From: an uncultured Alphaproteobacteria bacterium
GTDB taxonomy: Bacteria > Pseudomonadota > Alphaproteobacteria > CAVTAV01
Reading direction: 5' to 3'
Assembly (NCBI GenBank): GCA_963732795.1
Contig: CAVTAV010000003.1
Location: forward strand, 194,674-258,673
DNA length: 64,000 nucleotides
Part shown: piece by piece, positions 21,978 to 33,542 of the stretch
How the letters are laid out: each line of letters opens with the position of its first letter
Numbering within the stretch: position 1 is the first letter of the stretch
Position numbers and translations under genes: made by a program
The notes under the pieces: model-generated
What the model saw: only the letters and a program-made list of their open reading frames with translations
What the model was told of the DNA's origin: nothing
Databases searched by the model: none

Positions 21978-23004
21978 ATGATCGTGCACGAAATCGACAG
22001 CGCGCGTTTCGGCGACTGGGACGCCTTCGTCCGCGCCGTCACCCGCCGGCACGTTCTTCCATCTCTCGGGCTGGAAGACCGTGATGGAGGAGACGTTCCG
22101 TCATCGGACGTATCTGCTGGTCGCGGAGGAAGGCGGGGAGATCGCCGGCGTGCTGCCGCTCGTGCATATCAAGAGCCGGCTGTTCGGCTGTTCGCTGATC
22201 TCGGTCGCCTTCTGCACCTATGGCGGCCCGATCGGAACCCCGAATGCCGTCGCCGCGCTCGACGAACGTGCACGCGCTTTGGCCGACGAACTGGATGTCG
22301 ATTACCTCGAATATCGCCAGCACGGAACGGTCGTTCCCTGCCTATAAGTGCAAGGACAGCCTCTACGTCACCTTCCGCAAGGCGATCACCGCGGATCACG
22401 ACGCCAATTTGAAGGCGATTCCGCGCAAGCAGCGCGCCATGGTCCGCAAAGGCATCAAGGCGGGGCTGGCGAGCGAGATCGACGCGGCCCCGGATCGGCT
22501 CTATCGGATCTATTCCGAGAGCGTGCGCAATCTCGGCACGCCAGTCTTTCCCGAAAAGCCTGTTCGGCAATCTTTCCAAAGCCTTCGGCGAGGATTGCGA
22601 CATTCTCACCATCAGCCATGAAGGCCAGGCGCTGGCGAGCGTGATGAACTTCTACTTCCGCGACGAGGTGCTGCCCTATTACGGCGGCAGCGTGCTTGCC
22701 GCGCGGAACGTCGCCGCCAACGATTTCATGTATTGGGAGGTCATGCGCAGGGCCGCCGATCGCGGCTATCCGCATGTTCGATTACGGCCGGTCAAAGATC
22801 GACACAGGGTCCTATTCCTTCAAGAAGAACTGGGGCTTCGAGCCGGCGCCGCTCCACTACGAATTCCATCTCCGCAAGAGCGACGAGCTGCCCGACGTCA
22901 GCCCGAAGAATCCCAAATACCAAGCGATGATCGCGACCTGGAAGAAGCTGCCGCTGCCTGTCGCGAATTTCATCGGACCGTTCATTTCGCCCGCCCTCGG
23001 CTAG
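21978..23004 (+). CDS. FemAB-related protein, XrtA system (several frame breaks)
   Basis: [59 protein letters not shown]. Confidence 0.88.
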
Positions 23005-23015
23005 AGGGGCGGCCC

Positions 23016-24232
23016 ATGGCGAACATTCTCTTTCTGGCGCACCGGATCCCCTTCCCGCCGGACAAGGGCGACAAGATCCGCTCGTGGAACATCCTGAAGC
23101 ATCTGACGCGAAAGCCACCGGGTTCACCTCGGCTGCCTGATCGACGATGCCCGCGATTGGCAGTTCACCGACACGCTTCGAAGGCATCACCGCAAGCGCC
23201 CATTTCGCCGGCATCAATCCGAAGGCCGCGCGGATTCGCGGCCTGATCTCGGGCTTTGCGCGGCGAGGCTCTGTCGATCGGCTATTTCCGCGACGAGGGA
23301 TTGCAGGCCTGGGTCGATAAGACGTCTGGCCACACAACATATTGATTTCGCGGTCATTTTCTCCTCGCCCATGGCCCGCTACGTGCTCGATCGCGGCCGC
23401 GCGCGGGTGCCGATGGTGGTCGATTTCGTCGACGTCGATTCCGACAAATGGACCCAATACGCCGAGCACAAGCGCTTCCCCGAAAATTGGATCTACCGCG
23501 CGCGAGGCCCGCACGCTTCTGGCGTTCGAACGGAAGGTCGCGGCCGAGGCGAAGGCGAGCCTGTTCGTCTCTCCCGCCGAGGCGGAGCTGTTCCGGAACC
23601 TCGCGCCCGAAGTCGCGGCGACCGTCCACCCGATGAACAACGGCGTCGATCTCGATTACTTCTCGCCCGAGCGATCCTACGAACCGGTCTTCGAAAAGAC
23701 GGGGCCGTCGATCGTCTTCACCGGCGCGATGGATTACTGGGCGAATATCGATGCCGCCCGCTGGTTTGTCGGCGAAGTCTGGCCGCGGATTCGGGCCGCT
23801 CATGGCGATGCGACGTTCCATATCGTCGGCGGCAATCCGACAGCGGAGGTGAAAGCCCTCGGACGTGCGCCAGGCGTGACCGTGACGGGCCGCGTGCCCG
23901 ATGTCCGGCCCTATATCGCGGCGGCCGACGTCGTGGTCGCGCCGATGCGGATCGCGCGGGGGGTTCAGAACAAGGTGCTCGAAGGCATGTCCTTGGCCCG
24001 GCCGGTGGTGACCACGCCGCAGGGCCTCGAAGGAATCGATGCCCAGCCGGGGCGCGATCTCGTGCTCGCCGATGGGGCGGAGAAGATGGCGGCCGCGATC
24101 GAAATTGTCTTATCGGACAATTTGCCCGGCATTGCCGTTGCCGAGCTCTGCGCCAATGCCCGCCTGCACATCGTCGAACATTACTCCTGGGCCGCGCAAC
24201 TGACGGTTCTCGATGCGCTTCTGGCCCGTTGA
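23016..24232 (+). CDS. Glycosyltransferase (GT4), XrtA system (frame breaks)
   Basis: [46 protein letters not shown]. Confidence 0.9.
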
Positions 24233-24325
24233 CGAGGTCTTAACCGTAACCGCTTTGCAACCTTTTGGCCGCGATACTGGTGCTCAGCGGCTGGTTTTAC
24301 CGCCGCGACATCCCGAGAGTTGTGT

Positions 24326-25909
24326 ATGGGCCTTCGCGTAGACATCGAGGACCGGATCGTCCCGTCCTTCCTCCTTGACCGCCTGCAGGGAATCGCCGCT
24401 TGGCGTGTCGCCGGGCTTGTGATGGGGATCGGCCTCGCCGCCGTCCTGACGCTCTACGGCTCGACCGCCGCCATGCTGGTCAAGACCTGGGCCGTCTCCG
24501 ATTCCTACGACCAATGCTTCCTGATCCCGCCGATCAGCCTGTATCTGATCTGGCGCCATCGGCACCGGCTCCTCGCCGTCACGCCGCAGCCGGCCTATGG
24601 CGGCGTCGCCCTGATCGCGCTTTCGGGCGCGGCCTGGCTGGTCGGAAGGGCGGCTTCCGTCGATCTGGTCGAGGAGCTCGCCCTCGTCACCATGATTTTC
24701 GGGCTCCATCTCGCCGTGCTTGGCGTCAAGGCGACGCGGATCAATTTCTTCCCGCTGGCCTACCTCTATATGGCCGTGCCGATGGGCGCGTTTCTCATCC
24801 CGCCCTTGCAGCAGATCACGGCCGACGCGGCGGTGTTCCTTTTGCGTCTCGTCGGCGTGCCGGTCTTCATGGAAGGGACCTATATCACCATTCCGAACGG
24901 CACCTATTTCGTCGCCGAGGCCTGCGCGGGACTCCGCTTCCTGATTGCAACGGTCACGCTCGGCGTGTTGTTCGGCTATTTCTACTACCGCTCGCCCTGG
25001 CGCTGGATCGCCTTCATGGCGCTCTCCGTCGTCGTGCCCGTCGTGGCGAATTGCCTTCGGGCCTTCGGGGTCATCCTGCTCGGATATTTCACGAGCACCG
25101 ATGTCGCGGGTGGCTTCGACCATATCTTCACGGGCTGGGTCTTCCTCTCGCTCGTCACCATCGCCTATCTCGCGATCGGCTATAGCTTCAGCGACCGGAA
25201 GCACGAGAAGGACCAGCCGCCCGAGCCCCATGCGACCATCGCGACCCTGGCGCCGCAGCAGGTTCTCCTAGCGGCGCTTGCGGCCCTCGTGGTGGCCGTC
25301 GCGCCCCAGGCCTATGCCGTCCATATCCGCGATGTTGCCAGCCGGGTCGATCTGCATCCGCTCCTGCCGCTGCCGACCGTCGGCGAGCCCTGGGCTCCGA
25401 TGGACTACGACCAGAATCTCTGGACTCCGCGGTTCGCGGGCGTGGATGCCAGCATCGCCAAGAGCTACCGGAACGCCGATGGGGAGGAGGCCGACCTGTA
25501 TATCGGCTATTACGCTCGCCAGCGGGAGGATGCCGAGCTTCTGGCCTATGGCAACCAGGTCGTCGATTTGGACAAATGGCGGCTCGTTAACGATAATTCG
25601 GTGTCGGTCCCGCTCTGGGGTCGTGATACGATCGTGGACGAAATGCAGATCGACCTAAACGGGTCCCGGCGGCTGGTCCGGTACTGGTATTGGGTCGACG
25701 GCGAATTCACGGCCAATCCGTATTGGGCCAAGCTCTTGTTTGCCCGTTCGAAACTATTGGGCGGTATACAGGGAGCAGCGGTCATCGCGGTGAGCGTGCC
25801 CTTCGAGGACGGGCCCGCGGCGGCACGGTCGCGACTGGACGACTTCCTGGCGAATGTCATGCCGCTGGGAGACGTCCTTATGAGCGTGAACGGCGGCAGG
25901 AAGAGCTGA
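24326..25909 (+). CDS. xrtA: Exosortase A with fused C-terminal EpsI domain
   Basis: Multi-TM; catalytic-type motifs VAEACAGLRFL (Cys), ANCLRA (Arg), DHIFTGW (His); EpsI-like tail with YWYWVDG. Confidence 0.93.
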   Translation: MGLRVDIEDRIVPSFLLDRLQGIAAWRVAGLVMGIGLAAVLTLYGSTAAMLVKTWAVSDSYDQCFLIPPISLYLIWRHRHRLLAVTPQPAYGGVALIALSGAAWLVGRAASVDLVEELALVTMIFGLHLAVLGVKATRINFFPLAYLYMAVPMGAFLIPPLQQITADAAVFLLRLVGVPVFMEGTYITIPNGTYFVAEACAGLRFLIATVTLGVLFGYFYYRSPWRWIAFMALSVVVPVVANCLRAFGVILLGYFTSTDVAGGFDHIFTGWVFLSLVTIAYLAIGYSFSDRKHEKDQPPEPHATIATLAPQQVLLAALAALVVAVAPQAYAVHIRDVASRVDLHPLLPLPTVGEPWAPMDYDQNLWTPRFAGVDASIAKSYRNADGEEADLYIGYYARQREDAELLAYGNQVVDLDKWRLVNDNSVSVPLWGRDTIVDEMQIDLNGSRRLVRYWYWVDGEFTANPYWAKLLFARSKLLGGIQGAAVIAVSVPFEDGPAAARSRLDDFLANVMPLGDVLMSVNGGRKS

Positions 25910-25945
25910 GGCGAGAGCAGTTTTGGGCAGGGTAGAGGCAAGACG

Positions 25946-27878
25946 ATGTGCGGCATAACCGGCATCATGGACACGGGCGGCAAGCGCGAAATCGATCGCG
26001 GCACTGCTCGGACGCATGAACGACAGTCAGACCCATCGCGGGCCCGACGAGCACGGACTCTATGTCGCGCCGGGCATCGGGCTCGGCCATCGCCGGCTGT
26101 CGATTATCGACCTTTCTTCGGGCCAACAGCCGCTTTTTAACGAGGATCACTCGGTCGTTGTCACGTTTAACGGCGAAATCTATCAATTTTCAGTCCTTAA
26201 CGACCGAACTTTTGGCCAAGGGACACAAGTTCCGGACCCATAGCGACACGGAAGTGATCGTGCATGCCTGGGAGGAATGGGGCGAGGATTGCGTCAAGCG
26301 GTTCCGCGGCCAGTTCGCCTTTGCGGTCTGGGACAGCAATTCCGAGACCCTGTTCCTGGCGCGCGACCGGCTCGGCCAGAAGCCGTTGCATTACACCGTG
26401 CTCGCCGACCGGACGCTGGTGTTCGGCTCGGAGCTGAAATCGGTTCTGACCCATCCGGCCACACCGCGCGTAATCGAGCCGCAGAGCGTCGAGGACTATT
26501 TCGGCTACGGCTATATCCCGGACCCGCGGACAATCTTCAAGGGCATCTACAAACTGCCTCCGGGGCACACGCTTGACGATCCGCCGCAATGCCGCTGTGC
26601 CGGCGCCGAAAGAGTACTGGGACATCTCGTTCGACGAAGACGCTCGGCCTTTCCGAGCAGGAGATTTGCGAGGAGCTGATCACGCGGCTGCGCGAGGCCG
26701 TGAAGATCCGCATGATCGCGGACGTGCCGCTCGGTGCTTTCCTCTCCGGCGGGGTGGATTCGAGCGCGATCGTCGCCTTGATGGCGCAAACTTCCGACGC
26801 GCCGGTCAATACCTGCTCGATCTCCTTCGACGTGCCGCAATACGACGAGTCCAAATACGCTCTCGAAGTCGCCCAGCGATACAAAACCAATCACAATACC
26901 AAGCTCGTCGATCCCAACAGCTTCGACCTCGTTGACCGTTTGGCCGGCTTCTTCGACGAGCCCTTCGCCGATTCCTCCGCGATGCCGACCTTCCGGGTCT
27001 GCGAGCTCGCCCGGGAGCGGGTGACCGTGGCGCTGTCGGGCGATGTCGGCGACGAGCTTTTCGCGGGCTATCGGCGCTATCGTTGGCATCACTATGAGCA
27101 GTCGATCCGCAACAGGTTCCCGCAGGCGTTGCGCGGGCCGCTCTTCACGGTGCTCGGCCGGCTATACCCGAAGATGGACTGGGCGCCGAAAGTGCTGCGC
27201 GCTCGCTCGACCTTCCAGGCGCTCGCGGAAGATCCCTTCATCGGCTATTTCCACAGCGTTTCGGTGCTGCGCGACGAGCTACGGAGCCGGCTGTTCAGCG
27301 ACAAGATGCGCGGCGAGCTTCAAGGCTATCACGCCGCCAATACCCTGATCGACGCGATGAACGCGGCCAAGACCGACGACGACCTGTCGCGCGCGCAATA
27401 TGCCGACATGAAGACCTATCTGCCCGGCGATATCCTGACCAAGGTGGACCGCACCAGCATGGCGGTCTCGCTCGAGGTCCGCTCGCCGATCATCGATCAC
27501 GAGTTCATGGAATGGGCCGCCGGCATCCCGGCCGCGATGCGGCTCAAGGGCCGGGAAGGCAAGTACATCTTCAAGAAGGCCTTGGAGCCCCATCTGCCCC
27601 ACGACGTGATGTATCGCGAGAAGATGGGCTTCGCCGTGCCGATCTCGGAATGGTTCCGCGGGCCGTTGCGCCAACGGGTCGGCGAGTCGCTCGCGAGCGA
27701 CGTTCTGGCCGACACCGGCATGTTCGATATGGGCTATCTGCGCAAGCTGGTCGAGCAGCACCAGTCGGGCGTGTCCGAGCATTCACCCGCGCTTTGGGCG
27801 CTTCTGATGTTCAAATCCTCGCTCAGGAAGCTGTTCGGCGAAGCCGATTCCGTCCCGCAGCGCCGTGCCACCGCCTAA
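25946..27878 (+). CDS. asnB: Asparagine synthase (glutamine-hydrolysing)-type amidotransferase, XrtA system (frame breaks)
   Basis: MCGITG, HRGPD, HRRLSIID, NGEIY, SDTEV, FLSGGVDSS, DEPFADSS, KVDRTSMA. Confidence 0.9.
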
Positions 27879-28701
27879 GCCGGCTCCACAGAATCTCAAG
27901 AAAGCCGTAAACGCGGCGATGCAGTCGTCGGCGCGATCCCGGTAAATCTCGTGCGCCTCGCCGTCGATCTCGACGAGCCGGGCATTCGGGATTGCGTCGG
28001 ACATGGCGTGTTGCTGGGCCAGGGGCGTGGCCGCGCTTCGGGTGGGGGCCAGGATCAAGGTCGGCGCCGAAATGCGCGCCAGTAGCGGCGCGACGTCGGT
28101 TTCGGATATGAGGCGGCTATAGTCTTCGAGCGCGCGGGTCGGGATTTTGTCGAATTGCGCGAACGTCCATCGGCGCGGCGCCTCGGTCATCTGGCCCATC
28201 GTGCCGCCGAGGCGGGAAAGCGCCTCCGCCCAGCCGCGCGGACCCAGCGTGCGGATCGCGGTCTGCCAATCGGCATAACCCATCGCGAAGAACCGTTGCC
28301 CCGCCGGACCGATGGTGGTCGGCGAGGCGCATAAGGTGAGGGAATGAAGAAGCTCGGGGTGGCGCGCGGCGAAAGCGATGCCCAGCATCCCGCCTGTCGA
28401 ATTCGCCGAGGAAATGGATCTTGGGCACGTCAAGCGCGTCGAGGAACGCCGCGAGATCGTCCACGAGTGCATCCATGGTCCAGGGATAGTCGGGCCCGGG
28501 ATCGTCCGAGCCGCCATGACCCGGAAGATCGCGCCGGATCACGGGCCATTGTGTCGCCAGCGAAGGCGGCCAGTGCCGCCAGAACTGCGCATTGCGGCCC
28601 ATGCCGTGCTGAATGAAGACGGCCGTCCTGGTTTCCCAGGGCGGGGTGAAGTCGTCGAGTTCGTAATACGTCGCCCAACCGTTGACCGTGAGGTGGGGCA
28701 T
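27875..28701 (-). CDS. Alpha/beta hydrolase (frame breaks; 3' end approximate)
   Basis: HGMG, DLPGHGGS, nucleophile elbow GE(S)TGG at the frame break, late His (EAHEI). Confidence 0.8.
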
Positions 28702-28721
28702 GGATCGAGCTTGAGCGACGC

Positions 28722-28952
28722 CTAATGCGTGTTGTCGGTTTGGCTTACGCCGTTGGAAGCCGGAGCGATGCCGTTTAGCGACGTTGGGTCGCTTTGGCTG
28801 TCGGCCACTTGAGGCGCGCTGCCCTGGAATACGTTGTAGACCAGCAGAATTGCCGCGGCCCAGCCGATCACGCCGCCGCAGAACCAGATAAAGATCGAGC
28901 GCCGCAGCGTAAAGATTTGAAGCTGAGGTTCCGGATCGAGTTTACGGACCAT
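28722..28952 (-). CDS. Small single-TM hypothetical protein (76 aa)
   Basis: GGGAG RBS upstream; TM segment IFIWFCGGVIGWAAAILLVY followed by a polar tail. Confidence 0.65.
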   Translation of the reverse strand: MVRKLDPEPQLQIFTLRRSIFIWFCGGVIGWAAAILLVYNVFQGSAPQVADSQSDPTSLNGIAPASNGVSQTDNTH

Positions 28953-29097
28953 GTGACGGTTCTCCCGCAGTCACGTCCTGGAGCTTTCCGAGCCAATCGT
29001 TACTCGGGACAGCTCCGCCGAAGGTACGACCGGTCCGCATTGGCCTCGCCGGCTCGTCACAACCACCCTCCGGCATTGACGCGCTTATCGACAATGC

Positions 29098-29145
29098 CTA
29101 CCACATCTGTGATTTCAGATTGAATTTAACCACAATATGTGGTGG
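29098..29145. promoter_or_regulatory. Tandem NrdR-box-like operators
   Basis: CTACCACATCTGTGAT (29098-29113) and CCACAATATGTGGTGG (29130-29145), starts 32 bp apart; consensus acaCwAtATaTwGtgt. Confidence 0.55.
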
Positions 29146-29262
29146 CGGTCACGGAACTTTTGTGCCTGTGTACAACTTCGGCAAAGCCCGGTTAACCAAG
29201 TCGCTTAACCAACATTAGCCGAGCCGCGCGGAGACGTCAAAAAGCGATTGAACGGGAGGGGG

Positions 29263-29962
29263 TTAGGCCGTGGCAGTCTGCTCGTCGAGCGCGTAGCCGG
29301 CGGAGCGCACGGTGCGAATCAGGTCGTCGGCGCCGTTCACGTTGATCGCCTTGCGGAGCCGCCGGATATGCGCGTCGACCGTGCGCATCTCGACATAGAC
29401 CTCGTTTCCCCAGACCGCGTTCAGGAGCTGCTCGCGGGAGAACACGCGGGTCGGGTGCTCGAGGAAATGCTTCAGGAGCCGGAACTCGGTCGGCCCGAGA
29501 TGGACCAGTTTACCATCGCGGGTGACCTTGTGGCTCGCGGTATCCATCCGGATGCCGCCGAATTCGAGAACGCCGCCGGCGAGGGCGGGGCGCACCCGCC
29601 GCAAAACGGCATGGACCCGGGCCAGACAGCTCGGACGGCGAGAAGGGTTTGGTGATGTAATCGTCGGCGCCGGTGTCGAGGCCGCGGATGCGATCGGCTT
29701 CTTCGCCGCGCGCCGTCAGCATGATGATCGGCGTGTTGCGGGTCTCGGGCTGGCGGCGCAGGCGCCTGCAGACCTCGATGCCGCTCACCATCGGCAGCAT
29801 CCAGTCCAAGAGCACGAGATCAGGAGGCTCTTCCTGCGCCCTCATCAGGCCTTCCTCACCGTCCGCGGCGTAGGCCACCTTGAACCCTTCATGCTCCAGG
29901 TTGTAGCGCAGCAACTCCGCCATGCTGGCGTCGTCTTCGATAACAAGAATCGTGGGATTCAT
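29263..29962 (-). CDS. phoB: Phosphate regulon response regulator PhoB (frame break near 29620)
   Basis: REC domain LLDWMLP...GADDYITKPFSP; winged-helix LGPTEFRLL, RTVDAHIRRLRK; last gene of the pst-phoU operon. Confidence 0.93.
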
Positions 29963-30011
29963 TCTCGGCTCAACGCTCCTTAACGATCGGGCATAGCTTC
30001 GCGGCGCTTGG

Positions 30012-30731
30012 TCAGGCTCCCTTCGCCGGGGCACCAGCGACTGCAAAGGCCGTATTGTCGCTCTTCGGCCGGGCGGCATCGATCATCTCGCCGCGAGCCA
30101 CGTAATGGACGATCTCTGCGATATTGGTGACGTGATCGCCGATCCGCTCGATATTCTTTGCCACGAACAGAAGATGCGTGCAGGGCGTAATCGCGCTCGG
30201 GCTCTCCATCATGTAGGTCAGGAGCTCGCGGAACAGGCTGTTGTAGAGCTCATCGATCTGTTCGTCGCGCTGCCAGACGGCAAGAGCCTTTGCGGCGTCG
30301 CGCTCGATAAAGGCGTCGAGGACCTCATTGATCATCCGACGTGCGATCCGCGACATTTCCGGGATCACGCTGATCGGCTTCAGAGGCGATGACTGATTAA
30401 TGACCGTCGCGCGCTTGCCGATATTTTTCGCGTAGTCTCCGATGCGCTCGAGGTCGCTCGAAATCTTCAGGGTCGAGACGATCTCCCGGAGATCGTCGGC
30501 CACCGGTTGCCGCCGGGCCAGAATCTCGATCGCTTGGGATTCGATTTCGCGCTCCAAATCGTCGATCTTGACGTCCTCTTCGAGGAGTCGCAGGGCGACG
30601 GCGTTGTCGCGCTTGACCAACGCGTCGATCGCCGAAGCGAGCGCGGACTCGGCAAGCCCGCCCATGCGGGACACCAGAGACTTGAGCTGGTTGAGCTCGT
30701 CTTCAAACGCCGTGATTGTGTGTCGGGGCAT
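30012..30731 (-). CDS. phoU: Phosphate signalling protein PhoU
   Basis: RQPVADDLR, DLERIGDYAKNI, NIERIGDHVTNIAE. Confidence 0.96.
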   Translation of the reverse strand: MPRHTITAFEDELNQLKSLVSRMGGLAESALASAIDALVKRDNAVALRLLEEDVKIDDLEREIESQAIEILARRQPVADDLREIVSTLKISSDLERIGDYAKNIGKRATVINQSSPLKPISVIPEMSRIARRMINEVLDAFIERDAAKALAVWQRDEQIDELYNSLFRELLTYMMESPSAITPCTHLLFVAKNIERIGDHVTNIAEIVHYVARGEMIDAARPKSDNTAFAVAGAPAKGA

Positions 30732-30762
30732 AGGTGTCTCCGATGATGGGATCCGGGCCGGT

Positions 30763-31608
30763 CTAACCGAAGCGGCCGGTGATGTAGTCCTGAGTCTGTT
30801 TCAGCGCCGGGCTGGTGAACACCGTCGAGGTGCGGTCGAATTCGATCAACTCCCCGAGATACATGAAGGCCGTGAAATCGGACACGCGGGCGGCCTGCTG
30901 CATGTTGTGGGTGACGATGGCGATGGTGTAGTCGGTCTTCAGTTCGTCGATCAGTTCCTCGATCTTCGCCGTCGAAATCGGGTCGAGCGCGGAGGCCGGC
31001 TCGTCGAGCAGAAGAACCTCGGGCTCGACCGCCACGGCACGCGCGATGCAAAGGCGTTGTTGCTGACCGCCGGAGAGGCTGAGGCCGCTCTGCTTCAGCT
31101 TGTCCTTTACCTCGTCCCACAGGGCCGCCCGGCGCAGCGAGTGCTCCACCCGGTCGGCCATTTCCGAGCTTGAGAGGCGCTCATAGAGCTTCACGCCGAA
31201 CGCGATATTGTCGTAGATCGACATCGGGAAGGGCGTTGGCTTCTGGAACACCATGCCGATCCGGGCCCGCAACAGATTGAGATCGATATTCGGTGTAAGT
31301 ATGTTCACACCGTCGAACAGTACTTCGCCCTCGGCCCGCTGCTTGGGATAGAGGTCGTACATGCGATTGAAGACCCGCAGCAAAGTAGATTTGCCGCAGC
31401 CAGACGGACCGATGAACGCCGTTACTTGCTTTTCGTGGATCGGCAGCGACACGTCTTTCAAGGCATGATGGGTGTTGTAATAGAAATTCAGGTCTTTGAC
31501 CGAAATCTTCACGCTTCTCGCCTCCGTTTTGTCGCGAGCCGCCGACGAAATTCCGCTCATGGCCAGGTCGGCTTCGACTCCGAGGTTAATGCGCTCCGCT
31601 CCCGACAT
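30763..31608 (-). CDS. pstB: Phosphate ABC transporter ATPase
   Basis: [38 protein letters not shown]. Confidence 0.97.
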   Translation of the reverse strand: MSGAERINLGVEADLAMSGISSAARDKTEARSVKISVKDLNFYYNTHHALKDVSLPIHEKQVTAFIGPSGCGKSTLLRVFNRMYDLYPKQRAEGEVLFDGVNILTPNIDLNLLRARIGMVFQKPTPFPMSIYDNIAFGVKLYERLSSSEMADRVEHSLRRAALWDEVKDKLKQSGLSLSGGQQQRLCIARAVAVEPEVLLLDEPASALDPISTAKIEELIDELKTDYTIAIVTHNMQQAARVSDFTAFMYLGELIEFDRTSTVFTSPALKQTQDYITGRFG

Positions 31609-31611
31609 GGG

Positions 31612-32463
31612 CTATCTCCTCTCGCCGCCCAGCGACGCCAGATAGCGAGCAACGATGTTTAGCGCCAGGATTCCGATAGTGATGATCAAGGCGCCGCCCC
31701 AGGCCAATTCCTGCCAGTCGTCATAGGGACTCAAGGCCATCTGGTAGATGACCACCGGAAGATTGGCCATTGGCGCATTCATGTTGGTACTGAAGAACTG
31801 GTTGTTCAAGGCGGTGAACAGCAGCGGGGCCGTCTCGCCGGAAATCCGCGCCAGCGCTAGCAGCACGCCCGTGATCATGCCGTTGCGGGCGGCTCGATAG
31901 CAGACCGAGGAAATCACGCGCCACTTCGGTGTCCCCAGAGCAGATGCCGACTCCCGCAGCGTGTTGGGCACGAGATTCAGCATGTCTTCGGTCGTCCGGA
32001 CCACGACGGGAACCACGATGACGGCCAGCGCCATCCGCCGGCCCACGCCGAGAAATGGCCCATCGGCGCGACCATGATCTCGTAAATGAATATGCCGACG
32101 GCGATCGACGGGGCGCTCAGCAGGATGTCGTTTATGAAGCGCACGATCTGAGCGATCCTTTCCGACCTGCCGTATTCGGCCAGATAGGTGCCGGCCATGA
32201 TCCCGAGTGGCGTGCCGGTGACGATGCCCACCAGTGTCAGCATGATGCTGCCATAGATCGCGTTAAGCAGTCCGCCGGCTTCGCCGGGGGGTGGTGTCAT
32301 CTCAGTGAAGATCGACGGCTTGATTGCATCGAAGCCATTGATGAAGAGGGTCGCGAGGATAAGCGTGAGAATGAAAAGGCCGGTAGACGGTCGCGAACAA
32401 TGATAGCGACAACGCTACGACGTTCCGTACCTTGCGAGTGTGATAGCGTACGTTGTTCATCAT
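31612..32463 (-). CDS. pstA: Phosphate ABC transporter permease PstA (frame breaks)
   Basis: [41 protein letters not shown]. Confidence 0.92.
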
Positions 32464-33436
32464 CCACCTGCCTTCTTCTCGAGCCGCACCAGCATCAGCC
32501 GTGCGATGGCGAGCACGACGAAGGTGATGACGAACAGGAACAGGCCCAGCTCGATCAGCGACGCCGTATAGAGGTCGCCGATGGCCTCCGTGAATTCGTT
32601 GGCGATGGTGGCGGAGATCGTGGTGCCGGGCGCCAGGATCGACGCACTGATATGATGCGCGTTGCCGATCACGAAGGTGACCGCCATCGTCTCGCCGAGA
32701 GCGCGGCCGAGACCGAGCATGACGCCGCCGACAACACCGGTGCTGCAGAACGGCAGCACGACCTTCCAGACCACTTCCCAGGTTGTCGCGCCGACGCCAT
32801 AGGCGGATTCGCGAAGCATGGCAGGAACGGTCTCGAAGACGTCGCGCATGACCGAGGTGATGAAGGGCAGGATCATGATCGACAGTATCAGTCCGGCGGT
32901 CAGGATGCCGATGCCGTAGGGCGGGCCCTGGAACAGCGCGCCGATGATTGGCACGTTGCCGATTGTGTCGATCAGGAATGGCTGAACATAAATCTGCAGG
33001 AACGGGGCGAAGGAGAACAGGCCCCAGATGCCGTAAATGATGCTGGGAATGCCGGCCAAGAGCTCGATCGCGATGCCGAGCGGCCGCTTCAGCCAGCCGG
33101 GGCAAAGTTCGGTCAGGAAGATCGCGATGCCGAAGCTGACCGGTACTGCCACGATCATGGCGATGACCGATGTAACAAGTGTGCCGTAAATCGGCGCGAG
33201 GCCGCCCGAATTTCTCGGTGACAGGGTTCCACGCCTCGGTCAGCGAAGAAATCGAGCCCGAACGCCTTGATGGCGGGCATCGCGCCGAGCGTCAGGGAGA
33301 CGATGACGCCACCCAGGATCAGCAGAACGCCCCAGCCGGCCGCACGCGCGAGGAAGCCAAAAATCTTGTCGCCGGTTGCTCCGCTGCCCGAGCGTCGCGC
33401 GATGAGCTGTGGGGGAATGTCTGTTGCCGTGGACAC
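32460..33436 (-). CDS. pstC: Phosphate ABC transporter permease PstC (frame breaks)
   Basis: [32 protein letters not shown]. Confidence 0.93.
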
Positions 33437-33460
33437 CGGATTCTTTTCGAAAAGAGTAGC

Positions 33461-33492
33461 GGAAGGACCGGGAGGTTTCTCGCGGCCCTTCC
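33461..33492 (-). other. Intercistronic stem-loop between pstS and pstC
   Basis: GGAAGGGCCG...CGGTCCTTCC hairpin on the minus strand; likely an mRNA-stabilising element or partial terminator. Confidence 0.5.
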
Positions 33493-33542
33493 TTTTGGCC
33501 TATATCGTCATTCGATAATGTCGATGGTCAGTGGGTAGGCTC

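Noticed and set aside
29070-29225. Replication origin
   Set aside because: Only three imperfect DnaA-like boxes, no clear AT-rich unwinding element, and no origin-typical neighbouring genes.
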